Counted from the first letter of the stretch, positions 28,496-38,945 are shown. The stretch is DNA of 64,000 nt from Candidatus Hydrogenedentota bacterium (GCA_029552745.1 JAKPDK010000167.1:73973-137972); one strand, 5' to 3'. The notes: a model not told the origin generated them from the sequence alone. Made by a program: numbers and translations.

Positions 28496-29743
28496 TTACG
28501 ATTTCAAGCGATAGAGCACTTCACCGGCATGTTCCACTAAAAGCATGCCTTCGTGTTCCTTATCCCGCCAATCTTCGGGGTTGATGGTCGACGGATCGCG
28601 ATAGCCTAGATTGATGGATTCGCAGACATCGCGCGGGATTTGAGTGGCTAAGGTAACTTGTATCCTCGGCTTTTCAACGCCATTTTCGAACGTGCCAATG
28701 CCTCGGACATGCGTTGAATGCGCCAAGATTCCCCCGGGAACATCACGAAACTTATCCATTTGCGCCAGGAAATAATCGCGGGTGTGGTACCCGATACGCC
28801 GGATCAGTTTACCATGCGTGTAACTGATCTCCGAGATGTGCGGCGCATAGATGATAAGTTCGCCACCATCCGCTACCACAGGTTCCAGTTTATACATACA
28901 CTTCCCCGCCACCCAGATATCGTCGTACATTTCCGGCGCCATTGCCAACACACTGCGGTAGGGTTTTTCTTTGTAAACGATGTGGGTTTGTGCGGAAAGA
29001 TCGGCAGCGACACTCCAAGCCTCTTCCGGTTCCCCGTAAAAGATGCCGTGTGTCCGAGAGCCGGATACATTGAGACAAAAACATCGTTTCTCCAAGTGAA
29101 TCATCGATGCTGCTTTATCGATCACGGCACGAACCGGGGTATGTTTTGTGCCGTTGATGACCGGATTGGTGATCAAGGCGCCGAGCCAGTGAAACAAGTT
29201 CAGAATTTCGGCTCCTGCCACCCCGGGGAAGAAATACTTGTTGCCGCCGCTAAAGCCCACCACTTCATGTGGGAAAACGGGTCCCACGAGAATGACCCTG
29301 TCGTAATCAAATATCCGTTTGTTTACCAACACAGCGGCTTTTTGGCGCATCAACCCGTTGGAAAGTTCGGCGATCTCATCGGCTTCTATGGTACCGATGT
29401 GTTGGAGCCTATCGAGGTTTTGCCATTCGTGATTGAAAATGTTTACGGCGGCATAACGGGTGTTGCGTTCCTCCTGGTTTACGCCGATGAGACGATTGAT
29501 AGCATCTTCCGGCATAGGGGGATGCGTGCCCAAGGCGATCAAAAAATCTACGGCTTCCGCACGTCGTTCCGTCGCGGCGACCAGCGCCCGAAACATCGCG
29601 GGCATGGGCATACTGCGCGTACTATCGGGAATGATAAACAACAGACGTTTGCGGTCTATTGATTCATGCGCCAGCGCCTCATTTACAAAGTCAGCGATAT
29701 CCTCTTCGCTCAACGGCTGTTGAAGATTTACGTGTTGCATCAT
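28496..29743 (-). CDS. LarA-family protein (nickel-pincer-nucleotide-dependent 2-hydroxyacid racemase/epimerase homolog, DUF2088)
   Basis: IIPDSTRSMP (DxTRP), ALGTHPPM, PHEVVGFSGGNKY motifs; 415 aa length as in LarA. Confidence 0.7.
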   Translation of the reverse strand: MMQHVNLQQPLSEEDIADFVNEALAHESIDRKRLLFIIPDSTRSMPMPAMFRALVAATERRAEAVDFLIALGTHPPMPEDAINRLIGVNQEERNTRYAAVNIFNHEWQNLDRLQHIGTIEADEIAELSNGLMRQKAAVLVNKRIFDYDRVILVGPVFPHEVVGFSGGNKYFFPGVAGAEILNLFHWLGALITNPVINGTKHTPVRAVIDKAASMIHLEKRCFCLNVSGSRTHGIFYGEPEEAWSVAADLSAQTHIVYKEKPYRSVLAMAPEMYDDIWVAGKCMYKLEPVVADGGELIIYAPHISEISYTHGKLIRRIGYHTRDYFLAQMDKFRDVPGGILAHSTHVRGIGTFENGVEKPRIQVTLATQIPRDVCESINLGYRDPSTINPEDWRDKEHEGMLLVEHAGEVLYRLKS

Positions 29744-29753
29744 GACCCGATCC

Positions 29754-30926
29754 TCACTTGTGTGGACGCAGCCCGTCCTGTCGCGTACAGATAAACCCCA
29801 GACGCGTGAGAGCCCTCTCTAATTCTGGGTTTGACGGTTCGACGATCGCCCGTGTCAGGATAAACTCCCGACGACGCGGATACTGTTTCCTTAGCTTATC
29901 AAAATAAGCCCCGCGCCGCTCGGGCGGTTCCGCCAAAATACCTCGCATCGCTGCATCGTCCTTGCGCACATCGTACACCGCAAAAACCGCTTTCTGAATC
30001 TCGGACAACCAGTCCGACGCTGCGCCATTCAATCGCACCTCCGGACATTCCGGGGGCGGCAACAACGGCGACGGATCCCACGTGGGCTCTTTTCCCAAGA
30101 AACGACAAGCGGCTTCGTAAATCTGTCGTGTCCCGTTTACTTTACCGTCAAACGAATAGCCCGCAATGTGAGGCGTTCCAATGGACGCCCGTTCCAAAAG
30201 CGTTACGTCGATGTCCGGTTCCCGATCCCAGACATCAAGAACACACGCTTGAATCCGGCCACTGTCCAATGCGGCTTTTAGCGCCTGCTCCTCCACCACA
30301 GGTCCCCGCGAGCTATTGATGAAAATCGCGCCGAGCTTCAACTTTTCGAAAAATGGTCTGTTCGCCAGCCGATACGTAGCGTCTTCACCGTCTCGAGTCA
30401 GGGGTACATGCAGCGTAATAATATCGCATGCCAAGGCCTCCTCTAGGGGACGGTACACGGCGTCGCCGGTCTTGCGCGCTAACGGCGGATCGTTCAAGAC
30501 GCACGTTAGTCCCAAGCCTTCGGCTTTCCGGCGAACGTTACTACCCACATTACCAACTCCGATAATCCCTAGCGACATTTTCGGCAAATCCAGTGCAAAT
30601 CTCTCAGACAAGACCATCAAAGCAGAGACAATATAGTCCCCTACGCTATTGGCGTTGCACCCGGGCGCGCTGGCAAATCCGATACCGTGTTCCTGAAGGT
30701 ATGCCTTGTCCACATGGTCTTCACCGATCGTTGCCGAAGCGACGAATCTCACCCCCGTCCCCTCCAACAACGCCCGGTTCACTCGAGTAATGGAACGCAC
30801 CAACAGCATGTCCGCATCGCGCAGGCATTCTGACGTGATGGCGCGCCCACTCAACGTTTTGACGTTGCCGAGAGATTCGAAGGCTTCCCGGACATACGGG
30901 ATATTTTCATCTGCAATAATGTTCAT
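29754..30926 (-). CDS. pdxB: 4-phosphoerythronate dehydrogenase-like D-2-hydroxyacid dehydrogenase (PdxB family)
   Basis: MNIIADENIPYVREAF..LLVRSITRVN..GVRFVASATIGEDHVD closely parallels PdxB N-terminus; NAD Rossmann GIIGVGNVG; catalytic His in GTPHIAGYS. Confidence 0.75.
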   Translation of the reverse strand: MNIIADENIPYVREAFESLGNVKTLSGRAITSECLRDADMLLVRSITRVNRALLEGTGVRFVASATIGEDHVDKAYLQEHGIGFASAPGCNANSVGDYIVSALMVLSERFALDLPKMSLGIIGVGNVGSNVRRKAEGLGLTCVLNDPPLARKTGDAVYRPLEEALACDIITLHVPLTRDGEDATYRLANRPFFEKLKLGAIFINSSRGPVVEEQALKAALDSGRIQACVLDVWDREPDIDVTLLERASIGTPHIAGYSFDGKVNGTRQIYEAACRFLGKEPTWDPSPLLPPPECPEVRLNGAASDWLSEIQKAVFAVYDVRKDDAAMRGILAEPPERRGAYFDKLRKQYPRRREFILTRAIVEPSNPELERALTRLGFICTRQDGLRPHK

Positions 30927-30952
30927 CGGCGTTGGTTAGCGGACGTTTATCG

Positions 30953-31852
30953 CTATCTCTTCCACGGAGGTACTTCCGGAAGATACCGCTCAAACTCTTT
31001 CAAAAGGCCTGCTTCGTACTCTTCCGTGTACGCGCCCGCGAAAAACTTGTCCAGAGCCTCTTCGTACAACCGCTGCCAAGATGTCTCCTCGTCGCCCGGA
31101 TTGATGGGATAGAAGAAGGCGCCGTTTGCACGAGCCGCTTTTAAGTCACCGTAGGCGTCGCCTATCATCAGCATATTCTTCTTCTCATATCGGCCTTCCG
31201 AGGCATAGGCGATGTGCTGCGCTTTTGTGCCCATTTCTTGTCCCGCGATGGCAAACACATACTTTGCCAAATCTTGCTCCTGCCACTCCCGCACCAGGGC
31301 TTCCGTAGGGGTCTGTGAACACACCAGTAGATCGGCGTGCTGCTTGGCTTTCTCCAGGCTTTCCCGTACAAACGGAAACGGAGGCAACCCTTTGTCCACG
31401 ATGTCCGCTACCGTGGCATTCACGGCTTTGCTCCATTTCAACGTACGGTGCATATCCGGCTCGTCATGTTCTTTACAGTATGCCTCAAGAGCCGGGTTGC
31501 CCAGCTTCGTTTCTGTCTTTATCCAGCGGCGAAGATTGGGCACCTCCGGCAAACGGAACCCGCGCTGCTTCACCTTGTCCCAATCGGCGAGCAGGTCAAA
31601 CGTACGAACCAACGCAGGAAACCGGTTTTCACCGCGCCACTTCGAGTATAGGTTCACAAATTCCGCCGCGGCACGGGCGTATTTGGAAATGGGCTGTAAT
31701 TCCCAATGCTTGATGATGTTGGGGATGAAACACTCTTTCTGTTTAATCTCCATCGTATCGAAGGCGCATCCATCCGAGTCAATGGCAATGAAATACTCGT
31801 GCTGTGGTTTGTGTTCTTTCAGTACTGCTGTGGGATCGCTCATGGTTCTCAT
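30953..31852 (-). CDS. HAD-superfamily hydrolase/phosphatase
   Basis: Motif I IAIDSDGC, motif IV GDAYGD. Confidence 0.7.
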   Translation of the reverse strand: MRTMSDPTAVLKEHKPQHEYFIAIDSDGCAFDTMEIKQKECFIPNIIKHWELQPISKYARAAAEFVNLYSKWRGENRFPALVRTFDLLADWDKVKQRGFRLPEVPNLRRWIKTETKLGNPALEAYCKEHDEPDMHRTLKWSKAVNATVADIVDKGLPPFPFVRESLEKAKQHADLLVCSQTPTEALVREWQEQDLAKYVFAIAGQEMGTKAQHIAYASEGRYEKKNMLMIGDAYGDLKAARANGAFFYPINPGDEETSWQRLYEEALDKFFAGAYTEEYEAGLLKEFERYLPEVPPWKR

Positions 31853-31885
31853 ACCCTTTCTGACTTCACGTTATCTCTACGTTTC

Positions 31886-32716
31886 TCATACACCCGAGAA
31901 GGCGCTGAATCCACCATCCACTGGTACCACAATCCCTGTGACAAAGCGCGAGGCATCGGAGGCAAGCCAAATCGCCGTCCCGATTAGGTCCTCCGGTTTC
32001 CCAAACTCACCCAACGGCGTATGTTGAATAATGGTTTTGCCCCGAGCCGTCAATTCTCCCGTCTTTTCATCCGTGAGAAGGTATCGGTTTTGGTCTGTCA
32101 AAAAGAACCCTGGGGCGATGGCATTCACTCGAAGCTTTGTACTGTATTCTTGAGCCAGATGTACCGCGAGCCATTGAGTAAAATTACTCACAGCGGCTTT
32201 TGCTGCGCTATAACCCGGAATGCGTGTGAGGGGACGAATTGCATTCATGGACGAAATATTAATGATTGATGCGCCGTCCGGGTTGTCTTTCATACGAGCG
32301 CAAAACACCTGCGAAGGCACAATCACGCCGCCAATAAGATTTAGATCGATCACCTTGCGCAAGGCATCGGCAGGGATATCAAAAAACGTCTGCTCGGGAG
32401 ACGTTGTTGCCGCTTTCATATTGCCCCCGACGCAATTCACCAAAATGTGAACCCCACCGAAATCAGCGTAGATGGCGTCACACGCACGAATAATTGATTC
32501 CCGCTGAAATACGTCCAGTTCGTACGGTTTCGCCGTCCCCCCTTGTGCCCGAATTTCATCGCACTTACGTGCTGCGGCATCCGGCGCCACATCGGCAATT
32601 GCCACCTGAGCGCCAGCAGAAGCCAGACCCATGGCAATCGCGCCTCCTAATACACCACCTCCACCGGTCACTACGGCTGTCTTCCCTGCTAAATGAAACA
32701 TAGAAGTCTGAGACAT
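31886..32716 (-). CDS. SDR-family oxidoreductase
   Basis: TGGGGVLG cofactor motif, YSAAK catalytic motif; AGGAG SD. Confidence 0.85.
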   Translation of the reverse strand: MSQTSMFHLAGKTAVVTGGGGVLGGAIAMGLASAGAQVAIADVAPDAAARKCDEIRAQGGTAKPYELDVFQRESIIRACDAIYADFGGVHILVNCVGGNMKAATTSPEQTFFDIPADALRKVIDLNLIGGVIVPSQVFCARMKDNPDGASIINISSMNAIRPLTRIPGYSAAKAAVSNFTQWLAVHLAQEYSTKLRVNAIAPGFFLTDQNRYLLTDEKTGELTARGKTIIQHTPLGEFGKPEDLIGTAIWLASDASRFVTGIVVPVDGGFSAFSGV

Positions 32717-33132
32717 TTTCCCCTGTTGCTCCTTTGTTGTGAACTCGTATGTGAGGTACAGCCGCTCGTAAAGGCTGCATCTCGGACTCTATCCAGTGCA
32801 CTTGGCTTTGTTAACGCGAGGGAGGAACACGTCACACCAAGTGTCCCATACTCTAGCAAACTTGGGTGCCTTTTCGCACCTTTCTGCTTTGGCAAAGGTA
32901 AGCACATAACGCCACGCTGATTGAAGAAGAGTGGGTTTCGCCGGGTATTCGAAATTGAGTCCCCGTATTTTTGGCTTAATGCCAAGCGTTTTTGAACGCG
33001 GGGTCCTGTTGAAAAGCGGCGCCATGAAGTGTACAACTAACAGAAGTTCGTCTTTCCGAATTCGACGGTTCCCGCCATAAGGCTTAGACCGTCTGAGAAG
33101 TATTTGAGTTTCGTTGAAGGCTTGTCGGGGTA

Positions 33133-35250
33133 ATGTCCACAAGAAATGAGATCGGACTGCAAACATCGAGCCACCCGCTGCTAGTTAACTGGAGGCTCTG
33201 CGGTATCTGCCTGTTCATCTGCATCGGATTGTGGAGCACCGCGGGGTCGGCAAAGAGCACGGTGTCGGATTCGGAGGCAGTTCTCCGTCTGATTTGGCAG
33301 GCAGGCAACGCAGCGACGGATGAAGAACGGCTGAATTTGCTTCTCCAACTGGCAAAACGCACGGACTTATCGCCCGCGCTCAAGGCCGATGTTTCCCGAC
33401 TTGTCCACGAGATCGAAGAATGGATTCATAATCCCGACCTACCGTATTTTTGGCGCAAGATCCGGCTGTCTGGAACATACGACTTTGGTATCGCCGAAAA
33501 ATCGCCCCTGTTCCCGATCGTACAGTTTTACCATGCGCGGATGATCGTTTGGGTCGTGTTGGAGTCTGGCGACATCTGGGGCAACCCCAACCGGCGGCGG
33601 ACCATGTTGGATAATGCGCGCGCCCTGTTTGAAGATGCGGCAGCCGCTTTCCCGGAAAACCCGGTTATCCGCATGTATCTGGGTGAACCGATCCCGCCCC
33701 GGCGCCACTATCCTGCCGTACCGGGGGCACCGGAATGGGCTGTTTATCAGCGCGAGGCGCTCGAACGATTAACAGACATCATCACGTGGTGGATCGATCA
33801 CCGGATGCAGGAGAGCGGGGCGTTTGGCGGCGGATGGGGGGACGACTGTGAGATGTGGCGATGGTGGACTCCGGTGCTGATCGGTTTCCATGACCCTAAG
33901 ATTACCGCCGCACAAGCCCGGTTCTCGCGCGCGATGTTCGAGCAAAAACACATGAAAGACGGATACACAAGCCACCTATACGACGTCGAGCACACGGCGG
34001 AAGACTCCGCGGATACCCTGACCCCGATGATGCATCTCGAGCCCGACAATCCGGAATGGAGCGCCCGCGTTCTTCGACTCGCGGACCTCATGGAGACGCT
34101 TTGGACCGGTGTGAATGAGCGCGGCATGCTTCAGTTTAAGAGCACCTATTTTAACGCGACCCGCGTGGACGACTCGCCCCGCCGTGCTTGCGATACGCCG
34201 ATGCATGTACGTGCCATGCAGCCTACTTTGTTGTATTGGCAACGTACCGGCGATGCACGACTGACTCGACTGTTCCGTGCATGGATGGATACGTGGGTAG
34301 ATGCCGCGGCACGCGCAGAACGAGGCAAGCCCGCCGGCGTTCTGCCCAGCGCCATCCACTGGCCGGATGGCCGCATCGGCGGCCTTGGTGAGAAGTGGTG
34401 GGACCCCGAAAACCACACGGAGGACCCCCTGTATGTATGGCCAAGCGCATTGAATCAGATGGCATACGCCCTGCTCCTAACCCATCATATGACAGGGGAG
34501 GACAAATATCTCGAGCCGATTCGCGTTCTGGCAGCGCTCCGCCTGCGCTATCTCACCGAAAATCCCCCCGGTCCTCTGGAAGAGGGTTCCGAGATGTGGT
34601 GTGGCTCGAAGCTAGGTCGTATCACCGGAGTAATCGCCAAGTATCGCTACCTCACCGGTGACAGAACGTTCGACGATCTGCTCCGGGGCGAAGCTAGTCC
34701 CTATGCTGCTTTTTGTTACTACGGAGAAGGCGGCGCCCTCTCGTTGGCGTTGCGAAACACGGCGGAGGCGTTGCGACTGAACTTCGAAGGTTACACGAGC
34801 GAAGTGCGGTACACAGACCGCGTGTTGCGGTTTCCCTCGTTGTTCGGTCAAAACGGCATGTACCCGGAGCCCGTAGTGTCCATCCGAGTACCGGACCCTG
34901 CCCTCTTGTACTCTACCGTCACGGGAGATATGGGAGATGCGCTCTATTTTCCCCTTAATGCGGTGCGTTGGTTGACGCCGCCCCGTGATATCGCCGCGCT
35001 GGTGACAGATTGCAGCAATGAGACCTTCGAGGCGCGGTTGTTTCACTTCGGTACAACCCCACGCCAAGTGGACGCGGAACTATATCTCTTAAAGCCGGGT
35101 TCCTATGAGTTGACCCTGCGCGAGTCGGCTTCTCCGACTACCGTTTTGACATCATCCATGTTCGAGGTATCAGGCCTCCGTTGTCGCGTATCGTTTGAGT
35201 TGCCGCCCCGTCGCCTCTGTGTCATGCGAGTCAGCCGTGTAAGCCACTGA
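33133..35250 (+). CDS. secreted hypothetical protein (705 aa), possibly alpha/alpha-toroid polysaccharide lyase/hydrolase-like
   Basis: Signal peptide; Trp-rich helical repeats; no firm family assignment. Confidence 0.55.
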   Translation: MSTRNEIGLQTSSHPLLVNWRLCGICLFICIGLWSTAGSAKSTVSDSEAVLRLIWQAGNAATDEERLNLLLQLAKRTDLSPALKADVSRLVHEIEEWIHNPDLPYFWRKIRLSGTYDFGIAEKSPLFPIVQFYHARMIVWVVLESGDIWGNPNRRRTMLDNARALFEDAAAAFPENPVIRMYLGEPIPPRRHYPAVPGAPEWAVYQREALERLTDIITWWIDHRMQESGAFGGGWGDDCEMWRWWTPVLIGFHDPKITAAQARFSRAMFEQKHMKDGYTSHLYDVEHTAEDSADTLTPMMHLEPDNPEWSARVLRLADLMETLWTGVNERGMLQFKSTYFNATRVDDSPRRACDTPMHVRAMQPTLLYWQRTGDARLTRLFRAWMDTWVDAAARAERGKPAGVLPSAIHWPDGRIGGLGEKWWDPENHTEDPLYVWPSALNQMAYALLLTHHMTGEDKYLEPIRVLAALRLRYLTENPPGPLEEGSEMWCGSKLGRITGVIAKYRYLTGDRTFDDLLRGEASPYAAFCYYGEGGALSLALRNTAEALRLNFEGYTSEVRYTDRVLRFPSLFGQNGMYPEPVVSIRVPDPALLYSTVTGDMGDALYFPLNAVRWLTPPRDIAALVTDCSNETFEARLFHFGTTPRQVDAELYLLKPGSYELTLRESASPTTVLTSSMFEVSGLRCRVSFELPPRRLCVMRVSRVSH

Positions 35251-35264
35251 TTGTTTTGTGCGCC

Positions 35265-35530
35265 TTGCCATTGTTCCCCTCTTGTCGTCGCGAGGAGCGA
35301 GTCTTCGAAGCGACGAAGCAATCCCCCTCAACCGCATAGCGCAAGAAGGCCTAGAGCAGGGGCAGGCCAAGACCTCTCCTAATTGCCAAGGGGATTGCCG
35401 CCTCGCCCCTTTGGGGTTCTTCGCAATGACAATCAGGAAGTGTAGGGCAGGGGTCAGGGTCATCTCCTTATTTCCCAGGGGATTGCCACGTCGCCCCTTC
35501 GGGGCTCCTCGCAATGACAACCGTGGAGGC
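35265..35530. repeat. dispersed repeat block (one forward, two inverted 48-bp modules)
   Basis: Direct comparison. Confidence 0.75.
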
Positions 35531-35629
35531 GTAGAACAAGAGGGCGTGCGGACGGGTCGGATGGTCAAGTTGGAAAGGGTTTGCGAGGGTAAGATGTGGT
35601 AATCTATTGGAACCTCATTAGCTTGGTTT

Positions 35630-36340
35630 GTGATAAAGCTCACTATGAATGTTGATTTTCGCAAAGAAACTCCTGAATCGTTTCGCCGGACACTCGTACA
35701 AATTCAGCTTGCCGGGGTCTTGTGTCTCACGTTTTGGGCGCTTGCCCTATTCCTTTTAGGCACGTGGGAGCCGGACCCCTATGCTGAAGCGTGGCGGCTG
35801 ATCGTTGGGCAACTATTGGTTGGCAGGGCATATAGCGTGTCCGCTGGGCTGAAACATGGGTTCCCGAAGTTTTTTCTTTTGGCCCAATGCTCTTTACAGG
35901 ATATGGTTATTCTTCTCGTCCTCTATCCCATCATTGTGGGTGGCTATCGACGAATTGTTGAGTACCGCTTTTTAGGGGACGCGCTGGCAAATATCCGTGC
36001 CACGGCGGAACGACACAAGGAGTCCGTCGCGAAATATGGCGTTGTCGGGCTTGTGGCGTTTGTGTTTTTCCCTTTGTGGAGTACGGGGGCACTTGCCGGC
36101 GGCGTTATTGGGTACTTGTTAGGCATGCGCACACGGGATGTTTTCTCTGCGGTCATTGTAGGGAACTTTTTATCCGTGGCATGTTGGCTATGGCTCTTTG
36201 ATCAGATGCGGCGCTTTTCCGAGGTTTTCGGCGACATCATTCCCGGGTTGATTCTCTTTACTGCCCTCGGTGTTGCTGCGTTTATGCGTTTCTATCGTTT
36301 TCGCAGTGGATCTGACCGGAAAAACGGCCCATTCCCTTAA
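35630..36340 (+). CDS. integral membrane protein, hypothetical (possibly small multidrug-export-related COG2426-like)
   Basis: 5-6 predicted TM helices. Confidence 0.5.
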   Translation: MIKLTMNVDFRKETPESFRRTLVQIQLAGVLCLTFWALALFLLGTWEPDPYAEAWRLIVGQLLVGRAYSVSAGLKHGFPKFFLLAQCSLQDMVILLVLYPIIVGGYRRIVEYRFLGDALANIRATAERHKESVAKYGVVGLVAFVFFPLWSTGALAGGVIGYLLGMRTRDVFSAVIVGNFLSVACWLWLFDQMRRFSEVFGDIIPGLILFTALGVAAFMRFYRFRSGSDRKNGPFP

Positions 36341-36368
36341 TTCCATCCTGGGAAAGTGAAGAAACGCC

Positions 36369-38663
36369 TTATGGCGAATCTGGCGGTGTAATTGAGGTGT
36401 ATACCCCTGCCGGAACAGCAACAGAATCAGGTTCTGTGATGCGGAAATAGAAGCCCCATCGAGCTCCGGTTTGGGAGATTTTGAGAAGTACACTCGAAGT
36501 GCCTTGTGGCAACGAAGTCAAAACCACATCCTCATCCGGTGAGGCGCTACGCAACACCTTGTTATTCCAGATCTCCTGGCCGCTGAGAAACACTTTTACG
36601 GCATCGTTGCTACCCAGCCGAAACGCGACCGGTTTTGGACCACCGTCCACAGTCACCCAGCATAATGCGTACGCGCAGGTCCAATCCGTGTCGTCAAACT
36701 CGTTGAGTAAGTCTACATACCCGGTCCATTCGGGGGTTCGGTTCGGTCTCCAAGTCACTTCCTTACCATTCTTGCCCGTATAAACGGCACCGATGTTGAT
36801 TTCCTTTTCGGGCGGGTAGACACGGTCATGTCCGTCCATTCCTTGGTTGTCGAAAGGACCGCAAAGCAGCCATTTGTTAATGAAACCTTGCTCTTTTGCA
36901 AAACGATCCGCCAGATAGACCATTGTTTTTTCTTTTGCGATTCTCGCGAGCAGGAAATCTTCGTTGAGGGTTGCCATATGGTCGATAACGCGATTGAGTC
37001 GTTCCATCTGCGCTTTGTACTGTTCATACGTCACGGACGGATCCGGACGACGTAGTGCGAGATAGGCGTCCATCTCCTCAAAAGAAAGCCGCACCATTTC
37101 GATTCTTCTCTGGATTAATTCCGGCACGGATCTGGATTCTGCGGCTGCGAGTGCGGCTCGACATCGTTCCACTATCTCGGAGGTGAAATACTTGGGATAG
37201 GTTGCAATGCCCCAGGGAACTTTTTCCTCCAACCCGGCAAAAACCACGTTAAGACTGTCGTAATATCGCTTCATGACCGGTGCGGCATCCCCAAAAAACG
37301 CCTGGAGCATGTCTTCAAAAACATGGTTCTCGTCTTGATTTGGGTCCCACATAAACTGTGCGGCAACGTAGTAATTCGGAAAATAAGGTGCCCAGGAGTC
37401 TTGCCCTTCAAACGATACCCCCGTGACGCCGATTTGCCGGTACACCGCCATCTCCTTGGCATGCGCAGACCACATCGGCCAAGGCAGCCCGCCGCTGTAA
37501 GGCACAGGGTCATATTCATAAATGTGAACGTGAGGGGTGAGTTCACACCATTTCTCGAGTAATGCGCGAAACTCTTGGCGCGAAGAGCACTCCTTGTCGC
37601 CCACGCCATGAGCCGAACAGTACATGCTACTCGTCGCAAAAATACAGGTCTTCTTATTCACAGGCGTTTTCGACGGAGGCAAGGTGTGTCGCTCGGAGTA
37701 AGAGTAAGTGGTCACCATGAGATTGGGGTAATCTTCTTGGAGCCCTTCGAGAACCTGGTTCAAAAAGGTCTGATACCGGTCCGCTACGCTAGGCCGTCCG
37801 CTCGTATCGATCATGCCCGTATCCAGCGCTGTACACGCATCGCACTCACAAAAGTCCTGATTGTCATCCGGACATAAAGAGTACGACTCCACATCCGGGT
37901 TTGCTTTCATGTAATCCTTGATTGATTGAATGACAAGGGCAACGACTTCCGGATTCGAGGTACAAATTTGAGTATTTTGGCGTTTCCCATTTACCAGCGC
38001 GTATAAATCCGGGCGTTTTTCAAACGGAGCAAGTCGCTCTAACGTAGTCGTGAGATTATGGCCATGCATAATGCGCGGACGGTACATGCGATTTCGCCGG
38101 AGCCAATCCGACAAACGTATCTGTCCTTCGGGCGAACAACCATACGCATACCAGATGTCGCGATAGGAAAAAGCCGGTTGTTCCCGGCGTCGTCCCGTAG
38201 GCAAACATAGGTCCTTCCCGGTAGGCAGACACTCCCCAATGTCGCCCGGCATGATCCAGCGGAATCCCAGATCACGCAGTAAGGTATACACGCCATGACT
38301 AGTACCTACGGGACTACCCCCTAGCGCCCAAATGCCTTCCGATGTAACCCGCAGTTCAAACTCCTCTTTGTCCAGCGGTGGAACATCGTGCAGTGGGGGC
38401 TCCCACTCCTGCCACTCCCCAATATACAACGGGATTAGCCCCGACTGAGGTTCCCGGCTCAACTTCGCGCCTGTGGCACGCTCGATGCACCCGATAAAAT
38501 CATTCACCACCGTCTCGTTTAATCCTTTCGGATTAACGTCGGTTACGATGTACACATTGGGTTTCCCCTCATGCACAAGATACACAGACGGAGGATCTGC
38601 CAGAGCTTGGATAAAGACGCCCGTAACGACTAGGAGAAGAGAGAAGGAACAAGCAGGTTTCAT
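36369..38663 (-). CDS. secreted DUF4838-like putative glycoside hydrolase
   Basis: Signal peptide; 764 aa; overall resemblance to DUF4838 proteins of glycan-degrading bacteria; low certainty. Confidence 0.5.
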   Translation of the reverse strand: MKPACSFSLLLVVTGVFIQALADPPSVYLVHEGKPNVYIVTDVNPKGLNETVVNDFIGCIERATGAKLSREPQSGLIPLYIGEWQEWEPPLHDVPPLDKEEFELRVTSEGIWALGGSPVGTSHGVYTLLRDLGFRWIMPGDIGECLPTGKDLCLPTGRRREQPAFSYRDIWYAYGCSPEGQIRLSDWLRRNRMYRPRIMHGHNLTTTLERLAPFEKRPDLYALVNGKRQNTQICTSNPEVVALVIQSIKDYMKANPDVESYSLCPDDNQDFCECDACTALDTGMIDTSGRPSVADRYQTFLNQVLEGLQEDYPNLMVTTYSYSERHTLPPSKTPVNKKTCIFATSSMYCSAHGVGDKECSSRQEFRALLEKWCELTPHVHIYEYDPVPYSGGLPWPMWSAHAKEMAVYRQIGVTGVSFEGQDSWAPYFPNYYVAAQFMWDPNQDENHVFEDMLQAFFGDAAPVMKRYYDSLNVVFAGLEEKVPWGIATYPKYFTSEIVERCRAALAAAESRSVPELIQRRIEMVRLSFEEMDAYLALRRPDPSVTYEQYKAQMERLNRVIDHMATLNEDFLLARIAKEKTMVYLADRFAKEQGFINKWLLCGPFDNQGMDGHDRVYPPEKEINIGAVYTGKNGKEVTWRPNRTPEWTGYVDLLNEFDDTDWTCAYALCWVTVDGGPKPVAFRLGSNDAVKVFLSGQEIWNNKVLRSASPDEDVVLTSLPQGTSSVLLKISQTGARWGFYFRITEPDSVAVPAGVYTSITPPDSP

Positions 38664-38774
38664 GTTAGGACTCCTCCATGTGTCGATGCCTTTAAGAAGT
38701 CTTACTTAACGATAGCCCCCAGCCTTACTGTATGTCAATTGCCCATAACCATTGCCTCACGCTTGACCGTTCCA

Positions 38775-38945
38775 TCGCATATCCCCCCTCTTGTCATTGC
38801 GAGGAGCGGAGTCTTCGAAGCGACGAATCAATCCCCTCAACCGCGCAGCGCAAGAGAACGCAGGACAAAGATGGCGGCCTCTCCCTGAACATCCGAGGGG
38901 ATTGCCACGTCGCGCCTCACGGCACTCCTCGCAATGACAGCGCGG
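38775..38945. repeat. dispersed repeat: forward + inverted 48-bp modules (MITE-like pair)
   Basis: Direct comparison. Confidence 0.75.

Noticed and set aside
28718-29662. Long antisense ORFs (314 aa opposite LarA; 302 aa at 39238-40146 opposite dapL; 298 aa at 8229-9125 opposite the fusion hydrolase; 271 aa at 31212-32027; 243 aa at 46780-47511)
   Set aside because: Each overlaps a strongly supported gene with recognisable family motifs. Long stop-free antisense frames are expected at this GC content, and none has an SD or motif.
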